This document shows positions 40,990 through 49,773 of a stretch of 64,000 nucleotides of DNA, one piece after another. A model generated the notes under the pieces. The model was given only the letters and a program-made list of their open reading frames with translations. It did no database searches and had not been told where the DNA came from. The first letter of the stretch is position 1; every line of letters starts with the position of its first letter. Origin of the DNA: Actinomycetes bacterium (GTDB taxonomy: Bacteria > Actinomycetota > Actinomycetes > Actinomycetales > Actinomycetaceae); NCBI GenBank assembly GCA_023389315.1, contig JAEWEQ010000061.1:3811-67810 (forward strand). The letters run 5' to 3'. Position numbers and translations under genes: made by a program.

Positions 40990-41234
40990 GTTTACTCCTC
41001 ATCGAGTGTGATTAGTGTGCGGTCCGGAAGTTGACCGGTGGCGCGGGCGCCGGAATGGTTGGTCGTGGTGGTGCGCGAGGGCGGGAGATAGTGGGCGTTG
41101 ACCACCCTCTTTTATCCTAAGACTAATTCCAGCTTTTCTCAAGCATTATGCAAAAGTCTAGTTGTTTTTCTCAGTACTGTCGCAAATTATTGGTTTAGGT
41201 TCCATCCACAACGACTGTCACAGATACTAATAGC

Positions 41235-42020
41235 ATGAGCGAAATCCCAGATCGCGCCACTCCTGCTGAACGCCAACGACAAATTGTGGACGCCGTAATC
41301 GCGGGCGGCGCATTGCGTATCGACGACATCGCTGAGCGCATGAAAGTCTCCCCCGTTACCATCTACCGTGATGTCCAGGTCCTGGAGGAAAGCGGTGTGG
41401 TGGAGCGCGCTAAGGGGCATGTGCGACTGCGAGCATCCTCCACTGTGGAACTCCCGCCGCAGATTCGACGCACGCGCGCGCCGGAAGAAAAATCCGTCGT
41501 CACCGCCGCCGCCATGCATCTGGTTAACCCCGGTGATGCGATCTTGCTGGATGACTCCTCTACTCTGCTGCCGATGCTGCCGCTACTTAAAGACATCACG
41601 CCACTTACCATCATCACCAACTCCCTCACAGTGGCCGACAGTATCCGCGATTGGGGGGACCACCAGCTAGTGCTAATTGGGGGGCGTTACCGGCAGTGGG
41701 CGCACGCTTTTTACGGCACGCTAGCAGTGTCTCAAGTTAAGGAACTGCGCGCGGACGCCTGTTTTATGTCTGACGCCGCGGTGTGGGGCGGATCGATCTA
41801 CAACCCGATGGATTACGTGATCGACATGAAGCGCGCCATGTTAGAGCAGGCCACGCAGCGCACCCTGCTGATCGACAGCTCTAAGTTCGCGCGCCACGCC
41901 TGGCAAAAGACCGCGCCGCTGAGTGTATTCGACACCATCATTGTGGACCAGGCCGTGACCGAGGCCCAGCACGAGATACTGCTGGATTCGGGGGCGGAAG
42001 TCATCGTCGCCCGCGGGTAG
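41235..42020 (+). CDS. DeoR/GlpR family transcriptional regulator
   Basis: HTH RQRQIVDAVIAGGALRIDDIAERMKVSPVTIYRDVQVLEESG followed by a DeoR C-terminal sugar-phosphate sensor domain. Divergent from the kinase operon across an AT-rich 245-bp region. Confidence 0.9.
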   Translation: MSEIPDRATPAERQRQIVDAVIAGGALRIDDIAERMKVSPVTIYRDVQVLEESGVVERAKGHVRLRASSTVELPPQIRRTRAPEEKSVVTAAAMHLVNPGDAILLDDSSTLLPMLPLLKDITPLTIITNSLTVADSIRDWGDHQLVLIGGRYRQWAHAFYGTLAVSQVKELRADACFMSDAAVWGGSIYNPMDYVIDMKRAMLEQATQRTLLIDSSKFARHAWQKTAPLSVFDTIIVDQAVTEAQHEILLDSGAEVIVARG

Positions 42021-42162
42021 GGAGCGCGCCCTGCTGGGTGGCTGCCCGCAGGGCGACAGACGCTGGATGCGCTAACGGCAGGAATCGAGGTGCGGGCGGC
42101 CTGCATGGCGGCCGCAGCCGCTAACGTGAGCCCGGCCTCGGCGTCAGCACCGGGCGCGCCCA

Positions 42163-42948
42163 CTACGCCACCGGGGTGGCGCCGCCGTCCAGTCGCAAAC
42201 TAGTGCCCGTGATATAGGCTGCCGGCGCGGACGCCAAGAAAGCTATCGCCGCACCCATCTCCGCTGGCTTTCCCAACCGGCGCACCGGAATGGTGTTTTC
42301 AAACTTGGCGCGCACCGCCTCGGCCGTGCTGCCCTCACGCTCCGCCTGATCCGCATCCAACTGGTCGATACGCGGGGTGGCGATGCGACCGGGGTGGACC
42401 AGGTTAACGGTGACACCGTCGGGCCCAACTTCAGTGGCCAACGCCTTCAAGTAACCGGCCAGCGCCTGCCGCCCCAAGGTGGAAAGTACCAACTGTTCGC
42501 TGGGCGTAATCACTGCGGTGGAGCCGATGGCGATGATGCGCCCCCAACCGCGCTCACGCATGCCAGGTAGCGTGGCGCCCACCATCTGCACGTGCGGGGT
42601 CAGCAGGCGACGCACCGCGCCCTCCACGTCCTCGCCGCTAACAGCGCTGGGTAGGCCGGGTTTGGGGCCGGGGCCGTTTAGTACCAAAATGTCGATCGCG
42701 CCCAGCTCTTTTACGCAAGTGGCGAGGGCGGACTCCACTGTTTGCGCATCTTCAACGTCCATAGGCGCGGCGATGGCGGTTCCCCCACTGGCGCGGATTT
42801 CATCGACCACCGGCTGACAGCGTTCGCGAGTGCGGCCGGTGACGCACACTTTCACGCCCTCAGCACCCAACGCCAGGGCAGCGCCGCGCCCCAAACCGGA
42901 GGTGGAGGCGGCTACAAACGCCACCCGGTTAGCGATTCCTAAGTCCAT
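42163..42948 (-). CDS. SDR family oxidoreductase
   Basis: ORF trimmed to the ATG at 42946-42948 after GGGGGAG. TSGLGRGAA is a glycine-rich cofactor motif, and the fold is classical SDR (NGPG, IIAIGS). Confidence 0.88.
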   Translation of the reverse strand: MDLGIANRVAFVAASTSGLGRGAALALGAEGVKVCVTGRTRERCQPVVDEIRASGGTAIAAPMDVEDAQTVESALATCVKELGAIDILVLNGPGPKPGLPSAVSGEDVEGAVRRLLTPHVQMVGATLPGMRERGWGRIIAIGSTAVITPSEQLVLSTLGRQALAGYLKALATEVGPDGVTVNLVHPGRIATPRIDQLDADQAEREGSTAEAVRAKFENTIPVRRLGKPAEMGAAIAFLASAPAAYITGTSLRLDGGATPVA

Positions 42949-42999
42949 CTGCTCCCCCTTCAACAGGTTTGAAGTGGCCGGCGCTGGACTATTTGCGTA

Positions 43000-43689
43000 T
43001 CACTGCCGGAAGGCTGTGTCCAACTTCTTTGCCGGGCCAGCTACCAAAACGGTTTGACCTTTACGTACCACGGTATCAGCAACCGCCGACAACCAATTGC
43101 CTTCTTCGTCGCGCACCCCGATGATGGTGATCCCCAGGCGGGAGCGGATCGCCAGTTGCGACAGCGGCACCCCGGTGTACTTTTCCGGCATCACGGTGGT
43201 GGCCATGGCGAAACCGTGGCCCAGGTCGAAGTAGTCCGAAAGGGAGCGGGTCAGCAGGTGCGCGGCCCGCACCCCCATGTCCTTTTCCGGATGGAAAATG
43301 TGTTTGATGCCCATTTGTGCGAGGATTTCACCTTGCTGCTCGGTGGAAGCCTTCGCCCAGATCTCGGGGCCGTCGAGTTTAAGTAAGGCCGAGGCCACCA
43401 GGATGGAGGCCGCCAGGTCAGCTCCGATGGCGACCACCGCGTTGGGGAACTCATCGACCCCCAGCTGCCGCAGGGTTTCCACGTCGGAGGCATCGGCGCG
43501 CACCACCTGGGTGAGTTTGCCGTTCATGGACTGCACCGTGGCTTCGTGGTTGTCGATGCCCAGCACCTCCACCCCGGAGGCGATGAGTTCTTCAGCCATG
43601 GCGCGCCCGAAGCGCCCCAAGCCGATGATGACCACGCCACCGTTGTCAGGGTTGATGTGGGGATGGAGGGAAAACGTGAGCCTAGCCAA
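43000..43689 (-). CDS. trkA: potassium uptake protein, TrkA/KtrA family (RCK)
   Basis: The Rossmann motif VVIIGLGRFGRAMAEEL is followed by a TrkA-C domain. There is an 8-nt overlap with the upstream trkH stop. Confidence 0.9.
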   Translation of the reverse strand: MARLTFSLHPHINPDNGGVVIIGLGRFGRAMAEELIASGVEVLGIDNHEATVQSMNGKLTQVVRADASDVETLRQLGVDEFPNAVVAIGADLAASILVASALLKLDGPEIWAKASTEQQGEILAQMGIKHIFHPEKDMGVRAAHLLTRSLSDYFDLGHGFAMATTVMPEKYTGVPLSQLAIRSRLGITIIGVRDEEGNWLSAVADTVVRKGQTVLVAGPAKKLDTAFRQ

Positions 43690-45109
43690 TGAGGGGCCTT
43701 TCTTTGGGGAGTTCGAAACGTGGCATTTGCGGGTTGATGGCCAGGGCGGTGGCGACCGTTATGGGTCCCACACGTCCGAAGAACATCAACAGGGTCAGCA
43801 TGATCTGCACGCTGATGGGAAGGGTCGGGGTGATGCCGGTGGATAGTCCGACTGTCCCCAAAGCGGAGGTAACTTCAAACAGGGAGCGGTCCATGCCGTG
43901 CTCGGTAAGCAGCATCATCACCCCGGTGCATACCACCACGATAGTGAACGCCAGTACCAACACGGTGGTGGCTTGGCGGTGCACCGAGCGGCCGATACGT
44001 GAGCCGAGGACGTTCACTGCCCGCCCGGCTTTCACTTCGGTTAACACCATGAAGAACAGCACCAGCGCGGTAGTTACCTTCATACCGCCGGCGGTCCCAG
44101 CGGGGCCACCTCCGATGAACATAAGGAAGTCAGTGACCAGCAAGGTGACGTCCGATTGGGCTCCGATATCCATGGCGTTGAAACCGGCGGTGCGAGGTGA
44201 AACAGCGGTGAAGAAAGACAGCAGCAGTTTGCCTGGCACTGACAGGGAAGCCATAGTGGCTTGGTTGTTCCACTCCAAGATAGCGATGGCGGCCCACCCA
44301 CCCAGTAGCAAAGCTGCGGTACCGAACAGCACCATGCGGGTGTTGAGGGAGAAATACATCAGGGTTTTGCCGCGGGCCTTCAGGGCGCGTCGAAACTCGA
44401 TTAACACGGGGAAGCCCAAACCGCCGATGATGATGAGGAAGCTGATGGGGAGGATCATCAGCGGGTCGGTGGCGAAACTCATCAGCGAGTCAGTGTAGAG
44501 GGAAAAGCCGGCGTTGTTGAAGGCCGACACCGCGAAAAACACTCCGTGCCCGAGGGCGTGGGAGAATGACTCTCCTTTGCGCCAGAACAAGTCCAACACC
44601 ATGGGGATAGCGAAGAGCGCCTGGATCCCCAGGGAGTACATCACGATGCGGCGCACCACTGCGGCAATTTCGCGCGGCGACACCAGCCCCGCGACGGAGG
44701 CCACCACGATGCGTTGGCGCAGGTTCAGCCGGTCGGCGATCAGCAGTGCCATCAACGCACCCAGCGTCATGGTTCCTAAGCCACCGATCTCCATCAAGAT
44801 GGCTAAGACCACGTGCCCGAAGGTAGTCCAGTAGGTCTGGGTATCAACCACGATCAGGCCGGTCACGCAGGAAGCGGAAGTGGCGGTGAAGAATGCTGCG
44901 CTAAGGGGCGCACCGCCCTCGAGCGCCGGTCCCGCCAGACGCGCGGGACTGCCGCCTGGCCAAGCTGGTGCCCCGGTGCGGGCGATGGGGAGCATCAAAA
45001 GTAGCGTCCCCAGCATTATGACTCCCGCCAGTGCGAGGGCGGAGGCGCGCGCTGGTTGCGAAAGCAACCCGGGGCGGGTGCGCGAAGGCCCGCGAGAAAA
45101 TAGGCCCAC
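43682..45109 (-). CDS. trkH: potassium transporter TrkH/KtrB family
   Basis: 475-aa polytopic protein with repeated selectivity-filter-like motifs (TATSASCVTGL, SAFNNAGFS, SPRTAGFN, SALGTVGLSTG). Confidence 0.9.
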   Translation of the reverse strand: MGLFSRGPSRTRPGLLSQPARASALALAGVIMLGTLLLMLPIARTGAPAWPGGSPARLAGPALEGGAPLSAAFFTATSASCVTGLIVVDTQTYWTTFGHVVLAILMEIGGLGTMTLGALMALLIADRLNLRQRIVVASVAGLVSPREIAAVVRRIVMYSLGIQALFAIPMVLDLFWRKGESFSHALGHGVFFAVSAFNNAGFSLYTDSLMSFATDPLMILPISFLIIIGGLGFPVLIEFRRALKARGKTLMYFSLNTRMVLFGTAALLLGGWAAIAILEWNNQATMASLSVPGKLLLSFFTAVSPRTAGFNAMDIGAQSDVTLLVTDFLMFIGGGPAGTAGGMKVTTALVLFFMVLTEVKAGRAVNVLGSRIGRSVHRQATTVLVLAFTIVVVCTGVMMLLTEHGMDRSLFEVTSALGTVGLSTGITPTLPISVQIMLTLLMFFGRVGPITVATALAINPQMPRFELPKERPLIG

Positions 45110-45118
45110 AGGCGGGTA

Positions 45119-46663
45119 CTATCCGAGTCGCTTTACGAGGGGGAAGGTGATGGTTTCGCGAATCCCCTGACCGGTTAGGGCCATCAGTAGGCGATCCAAT
45201 CCCATACCCATGCCGCCTGTGGGGGGCATGCCCTGTTCCATGGCTTCGAGGAAGTCCTCATCCAGAACCATGGCTTCAGGGTCGCCCTTGGCGGCGGCCA
45301 GGGCTTGCATTTCGAAACGCTCACGCTGGATCACCGGGTCGATCAGTTCCGAATACGCGGTAGCCAGTTCGAAGCCGCGCACGTACAGGTCCCACTTCTC
45401 GACGCGTCCGGGCAGGGACCGGTGGGCGCGCACCAGCGGGGAGGTATCCACGGGGAAGTCGCGCACGAAGGTGGGTTCCCACAGGTGGTCGCCGACCAGT
45501 TCTTCGAAAATCAACTCCACGATCTTGCCATCGAGGGCGTGGTCGGGGACGTCAATATCGTGCTGTCCGGCCAGTGCCAGCAGACGCTCGCGCGGGGTGG
45601 AGGGGTCCACGTCCTCGCCCACCGCTTGCGAAACTGCCTCATAAAGGCTGATGGATTTCCACTCCCCCGACAGGTCGTAGGTGGAGCCGTCGGCCAGGGT
45701 CACCACTTCGGTGCCGAGGGCGTCGCGGGCAGCCTTTTGCACGAACTCGCGGGTGCGACGGGCCATGGAATCGTAGGTGCCGTAAGCTTCGTAGGCTTCC
45801 AGCATGGTGAACTCCGGGGAGTGGGAGGAGTCAGCGCCTTCGTTACGGAAGTTGCGGTTGATTTCGAAGACCTTTTCAATGCCGCCCACCACTGCGCGTT
45901 TGAGGAACAACTCCGGGGCAATACGCAGGTATAGCTCGGTGTCGTAGGCGTTCATGTGGGTTTGGAAGGGGCGAGCAGCAGCGCCACCGTGGATGTTTTG
46001 CAACATCGGGGTTTCGATCTCAATGAACCCGGCGTCGTCGAAATATTCGCGCAGGGAACGCACCACCTTGGCGCGCATACGCACCATGTCTCGGGCGGCA
46101 GGGCGCACGATCATGTCCAGGTGACGGCGGCGGATGCGCGATTCTTCCGACAGCGTCATCTCTTCACCGTCTTCGGTGGTGAAGGTCTTGGGCAGGGGGC
46201 GCAGGGCTTTGCCGGCCAGTTGCCAGGCGGGCACGTCTTCGCCGGCAGTGGCGAGGACGGACAGTTCCCCGCGGCGCGAGCGCAGCGGGTGGCCGTGCAC
46301 GAACAGGTGGTCGCCCAGGTCGACGTCTGCTTTGAAGTCCTTGAGGCTGTCGATGCCAATATCCTTAGCGGAGAGCATGATTTGTAGGCGGTTTCCGGCG
46401 CCGTCTTGGATCACCGTGAACACGAGTTTGCCCGATCCACGGATGAACATCACGCGGCCAGCTAGGCCCACTACGTCCTCGGACTGCTGATCGGTTTCCA
46501 AGTGGTCGTACTGGCTGCGAACCTGTTCGATACTGGAAGTGATCGGCAGTTGCGCCGGATAAGGGTCGCGTCCGGCGGCGAGCAGGCGGTCGCGTTTTTC
46601 GCGACGCACGCGCACTTGTTCGGGAGCGTTAGGGGTTTCGTTCACGGTTGTTTGAGATTCCAC
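45119..46663 (-). CDS. lysS: lysine--tRNA ligase (class II)
   Basis: GTG start at 46661-46663. It has an OB-fold N-domain and class II motifs (FRNEGADSSHSPEFTMLE, GMGLDRLLMALTG). Confidence 0.95.
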   Translation of the reverse strand: MESQTTVNETPNAPEQVRVRREKRDRLLAAGRDPYPAQLPITSSIEQVRSQYDHLETDQQSEDVVGLAGRVMFIRGSGKLVFTVIQDGAGNRLQIMLSAKDIGIDSLKDFKADVDLGDHLFVHGHPLRSRRGELSVLATAGEDVPAWQLAGKALRPLPKTFTTEDGEEMTLSEESRIRRRHLDMIVRPAARDMVRMRAKVVRSLREYFDDAGFIEIETPMLQNIHGGAAARPFQTHMNAYDTELYLRIAPELFLKRAVVGGIEKVFEINRNFRNEGADSSHSPEFTMLEAYEAYGTYDSMARRTREFVQKAARDALGTEVVTLADGSTYDLSGEWKSISLYEAVSQAVGEDVDPSTPRERLLALAGQHDIDVPDHALDGKIVELIFEELVGDHLWEPTFVRDFPVDTSPLVRAHRSLPGRVEKWDLYVRGFELATAYSELIDPVIQRERFEMQALAAAKGDPEAMVLDEDFLEAMEQGMPPTGGMGMGLDRLLMALTGQGIRETITFPLVKRLG

Positions 46664-46768
46664 GCCTCTATCGTAGCGTTAGCGGCGGCGCCGACGCATT
46701 CAGCGCGGGTGTGAGGGTGGCTACCGCCGGGACGCTGCCCGCACTGCCTGCGGCGCCTGCGCGGGCGA

Positions 46769-47461
46769 CTACTCGTCGATAACGCGCGCCAACGCCCGAT
46801 CGACGTCGTGAGAGCAACTCACCCACGGCCCCACTTCCAGCTCCCCCCAATGGTCAATGCGGGCGTGGGCTGCCACCTGGCGCACCACGTCCTCGCCCGT
46901 AGTATCGGCGCCGGTAAGGACCACCTGGTCAGCGTAGAGCAGGTCGTCGACCAGCACTTCACTGACGGTGGCGTCCGAGTCATCGGACCAGTCGGGAGAT
47001 TCCACCAGGCGACAGGTGTGCATCCACTGGCTCACATCGAAATCGTCGCTGGCCCCTACCAGTAGTTGCAGCGCCACTTGCGTATCGACCGCGGTGATCG
47101 CCCTCGCCAATCGGAAATGGCGCAGCGGGCTGGCGGGCATTTCGATGGCTTGTTGGAGGCGCACGCTGGCGCTGGCCAGTTCGATGCCGCCAGGAATGAT
47201 GACGAGGACGGGGCCGCCGCTGGGCAGGTCGGCCAGCAGGTTGGCGACTAGTTCCACCGTGGCGCAGGTGAGGCAGCTGATTTCGCGGATTTGGCGGTAG
47301 GTTTCCTCGCTGCCGGCGCGCGTGATGGTGATTTCGTAGGTTTCCCAATCGGTTTCGAAATCGAGTGCGATGGTGGTCAGGTTGGACACGCCGTGGGTGG
47401 CCCATTGAAAGCAGCTGCGGGCGATGAGGTCGTGGGCGCTCGCGATTAGCAGTGGTCGCAT
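46769..47461 (-). CDS. COG0523 (CobW/ZigA)-like protein lacking a recognisable P-loop; function uncertain
   Basis: 230-aa ORF whose block order resembles G3E COG0523 proteins. ISCLTCAT sits where GCICC lies, VLVIIPGGIELASASV where IETSGLADP lies, ARAITAVDT where the VVTVVDA strand lies, and YADQVVLTGAD where ADVILLNKTD lies. The Walker A position reads LLIASAHDLIAR, and there is no CobW_C domain. Confidence 0.4.
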   Translation of the reverse strand: MRPLLIASAHDLIARSCFQWATHGVSNLTTIALDFETDWETYEITITRAGSEETYRQIREISCLTCATVELVANLLADLPSGGPVLVIIPGGIELASASVRLQQAIEMPASPLRHFRLARAITAVDTQVALQLLVGASDDFDVSQWMHTCRLVESPDWSDDSDATVSEVLVDDLLYADQVVLTGADTTGEDVVRQVAAHARIDHWGELEVGPWVSCSHDVDRALARVIDE

Positions 47462-47522
47462 GTTTCCCCATTCTAGGTGGTGTGGGCGGCAGGTCGGGAG
47501 ATGTCCACAACCCGAGCACTGT

Positions 47523-47537
47523 TGATAACCATTATCA
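47523..47537. promoter_or_regulatory. Fur/Zur-family operator-like palindrome
   Basis: TGATAACCATTATCA is a 6-3-6 inverted repeat and an AT-rich island in GC-rich DNA. It matches the actinobacterial Zur box TGAAAATGATTTTCA at 11 of 15 positions. It lies 62 bp from the COG0523-like start and 71 bp from the rpmG start. Confidence 0.5.
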
Positions 47538-47607
47538 TTAAGTGTATCGTGTGGAAACGCAAGTCACCCCACGCAGGGTGTGAAATGAAAGACTGAGGAA
47601 GACACCG

Positions 47608-47778
47608 ATGGCCAGTAAACACGCGGATATCCGCCCCGTAATCAAACTCGTTTCCACCGCCGGAACCGGATACACCTACGTCACGCGCAAAAACCGGCGC
47701 AACACTCCGGACCGCCTGGTGATCCGCAAATACGACCCGGTGGTACGCCGGCACGTGGAGTTCAAAGAAAGCCGCTGA
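47608..47778 (+). CDS. rpmG: 50S ribosomal protein L33, Cys-less (C-minus) form
   Basis: Hand translation gives [56 protein letters not shown] (56 aa). This is the L33 fold sequence without the CxxC pairs. It is too short for the supplied ORF track. Confidence 0.9.
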   Translation: MASKHADIRPVIKLVSTAGTGYTYVTRKNRRNTPDRLVIRKYDPVVRRHVEFKESR

Positions 47779-47809
47779 GCCGTTTACCAGTTAGATAGGA
47801 AGGCAGAAA

Positions 47810-47932
47810 ATGAAGGTTCGAGCATCATTGCGCGCGCTGAAAGAAAAAGACGGGTCAATGGTGGTTCGCCGCCGCGGGAAGACCTACGTGATTAACAAAC
47901 GTAACCCGCGCTTCAAAGCCCGCCAAGGCTAG
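47810..47932 (+). CDS. rpmJ: 50S ribosomal protein L36, Cys-less (YkgO-type) form
   Basis: Hand translation gives [40 protein letters not shown] (40 aa), with AGGAAGG upstream. It resembles the E. coli YkgO-type L36 and lacks the zinc-ribbon Cys/His residues. Confidence 0.9.
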   Translation: MKVRASLRALKEKDGSMVVRRRGKTYVINKRNPRFKARQG

Positions 47933-48078
47933 GGGCGGCGCGCACTGGCGCCGCGAAGCGGCCTCACAGGGCGGCGCGCAGAGGCGGCGCGCAGAGGCGG
48001 CGCGTAGCGCCCTCACAGGGCGACGAGATGCGGGGCGGCACTCATAGGGTCGCCCGCTCCCCTAACACCCAGAAAACG

Positions 48079-48116
48079 ACCGGTTCGAACTGACAGGAGA
48101 GGCAGTTCGAACCGGT
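48079..48116. terminator. bidirectional hairpin terminator between rpmJ and panD
   Basis: Perfect 14-bp stem: ACCGGTTCGAACTG (48079-48092) and CAGTTCGAACCGGT (48103-48116). It is flanked by AAAACG on the left and TTTCT on the right. Confidence 0.7.
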
Positions 48117-48155
48117 TTCTACGTGTACAGGGCACCGTCCTCGCAAACCGCGGGT

Positions 48156-48683
48156 TCAGCGCGCGGGCGACTGCAACGGACCGGGGCCGCCGGTGGCGTC
48201 TTCCAAACCCTGCGGCACCGCGCCCAGGTCCGCTCCCCGATCAATGATGCGGTTGTTCTCATCCACCAGCACCACGCGCGGACGGTAGGAACGAGCCACC
48301 GCATCGGGCACCGCGGCGTAACACATTATGATCACCACGTCGCCCTTGCTCACCAGGTGTGCGGCCGCACCATTTAGCTGTACCACGCCCGAGCCCGCCG
48401 GGCCGGCAATGGTGTAGGTGGTCAAGCGCGAACCATTGGTGACGTTGACGACGTCAACTTGTTGGCCATCTAAAATATCGGCCGCAGCTAACAACTGTGC
48501 GTCCACCGTGATAGACCCAACGTAGTGCAAATCGGCGCCCGTCACAGTGGCGCGGTGGATCTTGCCCGTCACCATGGTGCGCAGCAATCCGGGGACCACC
48601 GCAGAAACAGCGTCCCCAGGAACCGCGACGGAACCGTTATCCCCCGCCACGGGCTGGCCACTCATCGCATGAGAGTGCGTCAT
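48156..48683 (-). CDS. panD: aspartate 1-decarboxylase
   Basis: [29 protein letters not shown] contains the conserved processing site G-S. The ORF start at 48683 overlaps the panC stop (ATGA) and would add about 35 residues. An internal start near LLRTM is also possible. Confidence 0.9.
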   Translation of the reverse strand: MTHSHAMSGQPVAGDNGSVAVPGDAVSAVVPGLLRTMVTGKIHRATVTGADLHYVGSITVDAQLLAAADILDGQQVDVVNVTNGSRLTTYTIAGPAGSGVVQLNGAAAHLVSKGDVVIIMCYAAVPDAVARSYRPRVVLVDENNRIIDRGADLGAVPQGLEDATGGPGPLQSPAR

Positions 48684-49600
48684 CGGATATGCACCTCAGT
48701 GTTGTCAATCAGTCTGGTAGTTCCCACCTTAGCGGCTACCGCCAGCACCGCATCCGCGGGGCCTTGCGTCACCGGTGTGAAATCTACCGGATCGACCAGC
48801 GCCACGTAGTCCAGCTCCACACCTGGCTCCGAGACGATCATCTGGCGCACCGCGTCCACCACCTGGGCGGCGTCCGCGCCTTCGGGCGCCAACTGCGCGC
48901 CGTGACGCAAAGCTCGCGACAGCACGAGGGCGTGGGAACGCTCCGACGCGGAAAGGTAAGCGTTGCGTGAAGAAAGTGCCAAACCGTCCTCGGCGCGCAC
49001 AATATCCACACCAACGATCTGGATGGGCATGTCCAAGTCACGCACCATCTGGCGGATGATTGCCAACTGCTGGGCATCCTTGCGTCCGAAGAGCGCCACC
49101 TGGGGGCGGACCAGGTTGAAAACCTTATTGACCACCAGGCAAACGCCGGCGAAGTGCGTGGGGCGGGTGGCGCCTTCCAAAACCTTCGCAGTGGGGCCCG
49201 GATCGATGCGCACGCGCGCCTCGCCGTGAGGGTAGACCTCCTCCACCGCGGGGGCGTACACCAAATCCGCCCCCACGGTTGACAGGGCGTGGACGTCAGC
49301 GTCCAAGGTGCGCGGGTAAGCGTCGAAATCCTCGCCGGGGGCGAACTGGGTGGGGTTTACGAAAATCGTCACCACCACGTGGTCACCGTGTTTGCGGGCC
49401 TGGCGCACCAGCTCCAAGTGCCCCGCGTGGAGTGCGCCCATGGTCATCACCAGGGCGCGTTTGCCTGGAAGCTGCTCCAAGGCAGCGGTCAGATCGGCGC
49501 GAGTATGAACCACTTTCGGGGTGTGCGGTGCGGTCACGATAGAAGCCTTCCCGGTTAAAACAGTCGATAGCAGATCCCCACCTGGCTGGCGCGCGGCCAA
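48680..49600 (-). CDS. panC: pantoate--beta-alanine ligase
   Basis: [19 protein letters not shown] is the HxGH nucleotidyltransferase motif, and [19 protein letters not shown] is the PanC signature. The exact start is uncertain. Confidence 0.92.
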   Translation of the reverse strand: MAARQPGGDLLSTVLTGKASIVTAPHTPKVVHTRADLTAALEQLPGKRALVMTMGALHAGHLELVRQARKHGDHVVVTIFVNPTQFAPGEDFDAYPRTLDADVHALSTVGADLVYAPAVEEVYPHGEARVRIDPGPTAKVLEGATRPTHFAGVCLVVNKVFNLVRPQVALFGRKDAQQLAIIRQMVRDLDMPIQIVGVDIVRAEDGLALSSRNAYLSASERSHALVLSRALRHGAQLAPEGADAAQVVDAVRQMIVSEPGVELDYVALVDPVDFTPVTQGPADAVLAVAAKVGTTRLIDNTEVHIR

Positions 49601-49773
49601 CCCTGGAGGTAAGGTTCGCCTCGGTTTGTTGCCAAACCTCCTCCCCTATTGTGCGTGGAAGCAGGGGGTAAGCGCGACTTTCAAGGGCCGATTATGGCGT
49701 ATCCCGCACGGCCAAGGTTAAGGCGCATTCCGCGCGACGTGCAGGTCATGGCTTACCGCGTAAGGCCAGGAGG

